Below, one piece after another: positions 60,086 to 64,000 of a DNA stretch of 64,000 nt. The DNA is from Octopus sinensis (taxonomy: Eukaryota). A program made the translations under genes and the position numbers. The notes beneath the pieces were generated by a model, which worked only from the letters and a program-made list of their open reading frames with translations, made no database searches and was not told where the DNA came from. How positions within the stretch are numbered: the first letter of the stretch is position 1; every line of letters begins with the position of its first letter. The stretch is taken from positions 38,874,001 to 38,938,000 of the forward strand of contig NC_043005.1 in assembly GCF_006345805.1 (NCBI RefSeq). The letters are read 5' to 3'.

Positions 60086-60959
60086 GATACATACATACAT
60101 ATGCATGTATATAAGTGTATACATAGAAGCATAATATATATGCACATAGGCACTATTTGGCATATATATTAATATAACTAATACATATGTATGCTATTTT
60201 TCCAGACATACATACATACATACATACATAATATCATAAGATTTGGAAGGCAGCTCCTTGAGCAACACTCTTTGTCTGATAACCTAGAATACATGCCCAA
60301 AGGAGTCGCACGACTCTACCACAACATATAATGAGATGAAAGGATAAGCCTATATGAGCAGAAGACTATGCTTGCATATATTAGTAGAAAGCTCCATGAT
60401 GATAGTAACATCGATCATCAAAGCTATTTATAATTATTTATTTCTTGACCTTAGCGACAAATATGGGTGTGCGTTAGAGACATAAAGAGAGAACGAGCGA
60501 GACAGAGAGACAGAGACAGAGAGAGAAAGGGAATGAAAGACAGAATTAGGGAATTCTGAAATGAAGTAATATTGAAAGAAATATGAAGACTGTAAATAAA
60601 TATAAATTGATGGAAGGGGAAGGAAAATTAGAGGAGAGATTCGAGACAAAGAAAGCATAACAAAAGGACTGAAACAGAAAGAGTAAGACTTATAAGTTAT
60701 GTTGAAATAAGGCGAATCCTAAAATGAGTATATGAGCCAGAAATAGAGGGTAAAAATGGGAACGAAAGAGTAATTGAGAGAGAGAGAGAGAGAAATAGAA
60801 AGAGAAAGGATAAGATAGAGGGCGAGAGTGATATCAGCGGCAAATTAATTAGAAACACAACTTCAAAATTTTAGCGGAGTGATTCGATTTTATAAAATAA
60901 ATTGGAAGTGATATTTAAAGCATTATGGACGATGATAGAAACCTCACTATTGTCGATAT

Positions 60960-61460
60960 TGTTAATGGTGGTGGTAGTCGTTGTGGTTGAAGCCGTGGCG
61001 TCGTCGTCGTCATTGTCACCGTAGTAGTAATAGTTGTTGTTGTTGTTGTTGCTGTTGTTGCAATGGTGGTGGTTTTGGTGGTGGTCTTCCTCATTATCGT
61101 CTTTATTGTGATAGTGACGGTATTGGTGATGGTGATCGCCGCGGCGGGGGCGATTGTGACAGTGATGGTGTGCTGGTGGGGTTTTCGTTTTGATCATATC
61201 GGTGGTTGTGGAGTGTGTGTGTGTGTGGTGTGTGTGTGTGTGTGTGTGCGTGGTGTGTGTGGTAGTTCCCGGAAGTGTGGAAGTTGGCACGGACTGCTGA
61301 GAAATAATGGTGATGGTGATAGACGCGGTGGTAGAGAAGGGTAGTGGTGTTGGTGGTGGTAGTTTTTTTTGTGGGAATGGTAATGGCAGTGAGGGTTATT
61401 GAAAGAGGACGTCATAGGTGACAGTGGTGGCGGCGGCGGCGGTGGCGGTGGTGCTGCTGG

Positions 61461-61491
<31 letters not shown>

Positions 61492-61560
61492 GATGATGGT
61501 TGTGATGGTGCTTGTTATGTTGAAAGTGGGCGTGATTGGTGATGGTGGTGTCGATGGAGG
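60960..61560. repeat. GGT/GTT/GT low-complexity region
   Basis: Directly visible. Confidence 0.75.
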
Positions 61561-62007
61561 TGGGCCAAGCGTGTTAGCGTTAGAGTTAATGCAGTTTTGA
61601 CAATGTAAAACACGTTAAAAACAACATAAATAATAAAACAAGTAAGAAAAAATTTCGAAGAGACGGAAATGACAAAATGATCGGAAGTAGAAAGGAGAGG
61701 ATGGTGAAGAAAGGGATGTGAAAATAAAATAAGATTGTGGTGGGTGGTTCTGCAAATGTTTATGACTACTCACGTTTAAACGAGAATATTCAGTGTCGTC
61801 GATGAAAATCCCCAACTTAAAATCTTACGATTGTTTAACGCTTCACTACCAAAAACAGTTTTGTTTTTCTTTTTACATGCCAACAAGAGAGCATCTATGT
61901 GGCTGTTTGACGAAAATTGAGGCGATCTGTCACAGCCGTCTTGGCGCCGCTGATTCGATACCGACTTATTTGACATCAGACGATTTAATGTTTTGTTCAT
62001 TTAAATG

Positions 62008-62090
<83 letters not shown>

Positions 62091-64000
62091 CTCTCTCTCC
62101 ATCCCTCTGATCTCCTTTTCACTGTTTCTTTTTCTTTTGTATGTCTGTATGAGCATCTAGTTCTATTTGTATATGTGGATAGTTAGATGAATGTAATATC
62201 TCTCACCCTCCATCACACTTTCTCTCTCTCTCTTATTATCTCTAACTATATGTGTGTGTATCTACGAGTGAGTGCGTGTATGTGTTTACCTCTTGTGCCA
62301 AACCTAAAATTGCCACTTCAAGTTGAATGTCCAGTCGGTCGTGTCAAATCATCTGCATCCAAACAGCCATGCCAAACAAACTCATTCCGTTACTTGACCT
62401 GTTATAAGTGACAGTTAAATCTTCCTCACACCGTAACCTACCGTCTTAGAAACAGGTAAGTCTAGATTAGATCAAATAGTCTTTTATATCAGTAAAAAGT
62501 TGTGATGGTTATAGATGAAATACCAGCGATCATGAGTCTATTCCATCGAGATTGAGATTTAGTCAAGTTTTGAAAACAAATAATAATTCATGGAATGAAT
62601 GCAGAAGACCAAGAATTCAAGCAATGACGTATATATTCATTTTAAATCATTTTGGCAGATTCGAACGTGAATATCCACTCGATACTGTTGTTATACATCA
62701 GAGAACACCTACTCCTTTTAGAAAAGTGTCTTCATAAGACAGCTGGTTATTCAGTATAAGGGGACTTTGAAACTCTGCAGTGTTTCGACCTCATTGTGTT
62801 TCTCCTCAGTCAATGCTATCCCACCGGACTGACGAATCTGATAGCAGTTCGAGCTGTTGTTTATGGAAATCAACGGACAAAATATCCGTTGATGTATGCT
62901 GGTGATTGACAGATGGATATTTCATGAGATACTTCAACAACAGACAAGAGTCCAAACAATAACATATATGTTCACTCTTAATACGCTCTGGCTGATCTGA
63001 ACGTGAATATGAGATATCTGTTGTCTTTTTGTCAAAAGTTTACATGTCCCTTTAAACAATGTGTCCATAACACATGTGATTCACAGTTGGCGGATTCAGG
63101 GTTGCGTGTTGTTACCTTCTCGTTCCACAATTTTTATGAACAGAATTGACACGTACAGCCTTGAAGGAAATGATATCAGAACTACCACGTGTCGAATCAA
63201 CAACACATTAAAAACACGATATGGGGAAAATTTGTTTTTAAAGATAATAAAGTGTGCATTAGATTAAGTGTTGTCCACCGAGAGTATGAGACACTTTCAC
63301 ACAGCCATTTTAACGCTGCCTATTTGGCATTACTAATTCGAGTCTGACTTATTTGACATCAACCATTTGAATGTTTCTCTAGTTTTAATGTACCTGTCGT
63401 TTTAACATTTCGCTCATTCTCTCTCTTCCCCTTCCTTTCTTACCCTTTTTGCATGCGCATATTTCTCCAGGTACCTGTGCATGTATTTGTCTCTGGTTCC
63501 AGAACGTACTGTCGCCAAATCAAATCAGTCAGCCGCGTCAAATCATCAACGTCCAAATAGGTACGCCCAAATGTCTCATTCCGCTCTGTCAAAGGACCAA
63601 GAAACCATAAAGCCAACCGAATTTACCCCCAAATACCAACATTACGAATATGAAAAGCCTTTTCCTTAAAGAATTCCAGTGAGACAGTCAAACATACCAC
63701 TAAACAATTTTTAAAAAACCAAGGGAAGGTATAGCTGTTATACAATTAAATATGAAGCATTTATCAAATACATTCTTTCATTTATTTCTACTTAGCTCGC
63801 TATCGCCACATTTCTGAAAGGAGGTAAAATTTATTGAAATAAAAGAAATTTGCTGAGGAAGAATAGAGCTACGAAACACCACGATAAAAATAAGAATATA
63901 TTTCAGTTTAAATCATGTAATAAAGTAAAGAACTAAAATAAATGGTAGGGGCAGGAGGACAAATGAATTTGCCTGACAATCCACTACAATAACATGAGTT

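Noticed and set aside
62765-62810. Minus-strand CTGAGGA..GAAACACTG motif (similar weak cases at ~11140-11175, ~35895-35930, ~44590-44620)
   Set aside because: The stems do not pair or core bases are mutated. They may be old remnants but are not supportable individually.

Overview
AT-rich, microsatellite-saturated eukaryotic DNA with no confidently identifiable host protein-coding gene. The repeat families resemble those I recognise from octopus genomes (inference, not checked against a database). Most ORFs in the track are microsatellite artefacts. The real content is a transposable-element landscape: several tRNA-derived SINE families, three Helitron Rep/helicase remnants, RLE-type LINE 3' fragments tied to (AAT)n, CR1-, RTE- and Nimb/I-like LINE ends, and a 6 kb head-to-tail array of four Tx1/L1-like LINE copies, each bounded by (GATA)n. 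The standout is an apparently intact minimal type-I hammerhead ribozyme (59830-59874, minus strand) in the loop of a perfect 113-bp inverted repeat, probably a very young Penelope-like or retrozyme insertion. Several decayed hammerhead motifs occur elsewhere. The window also holds a ~960-bp fold-back duplication, an ~880-bp unit with 34-bp terminal redundancy, and LINE 3' tails shared with the dominant SINE.
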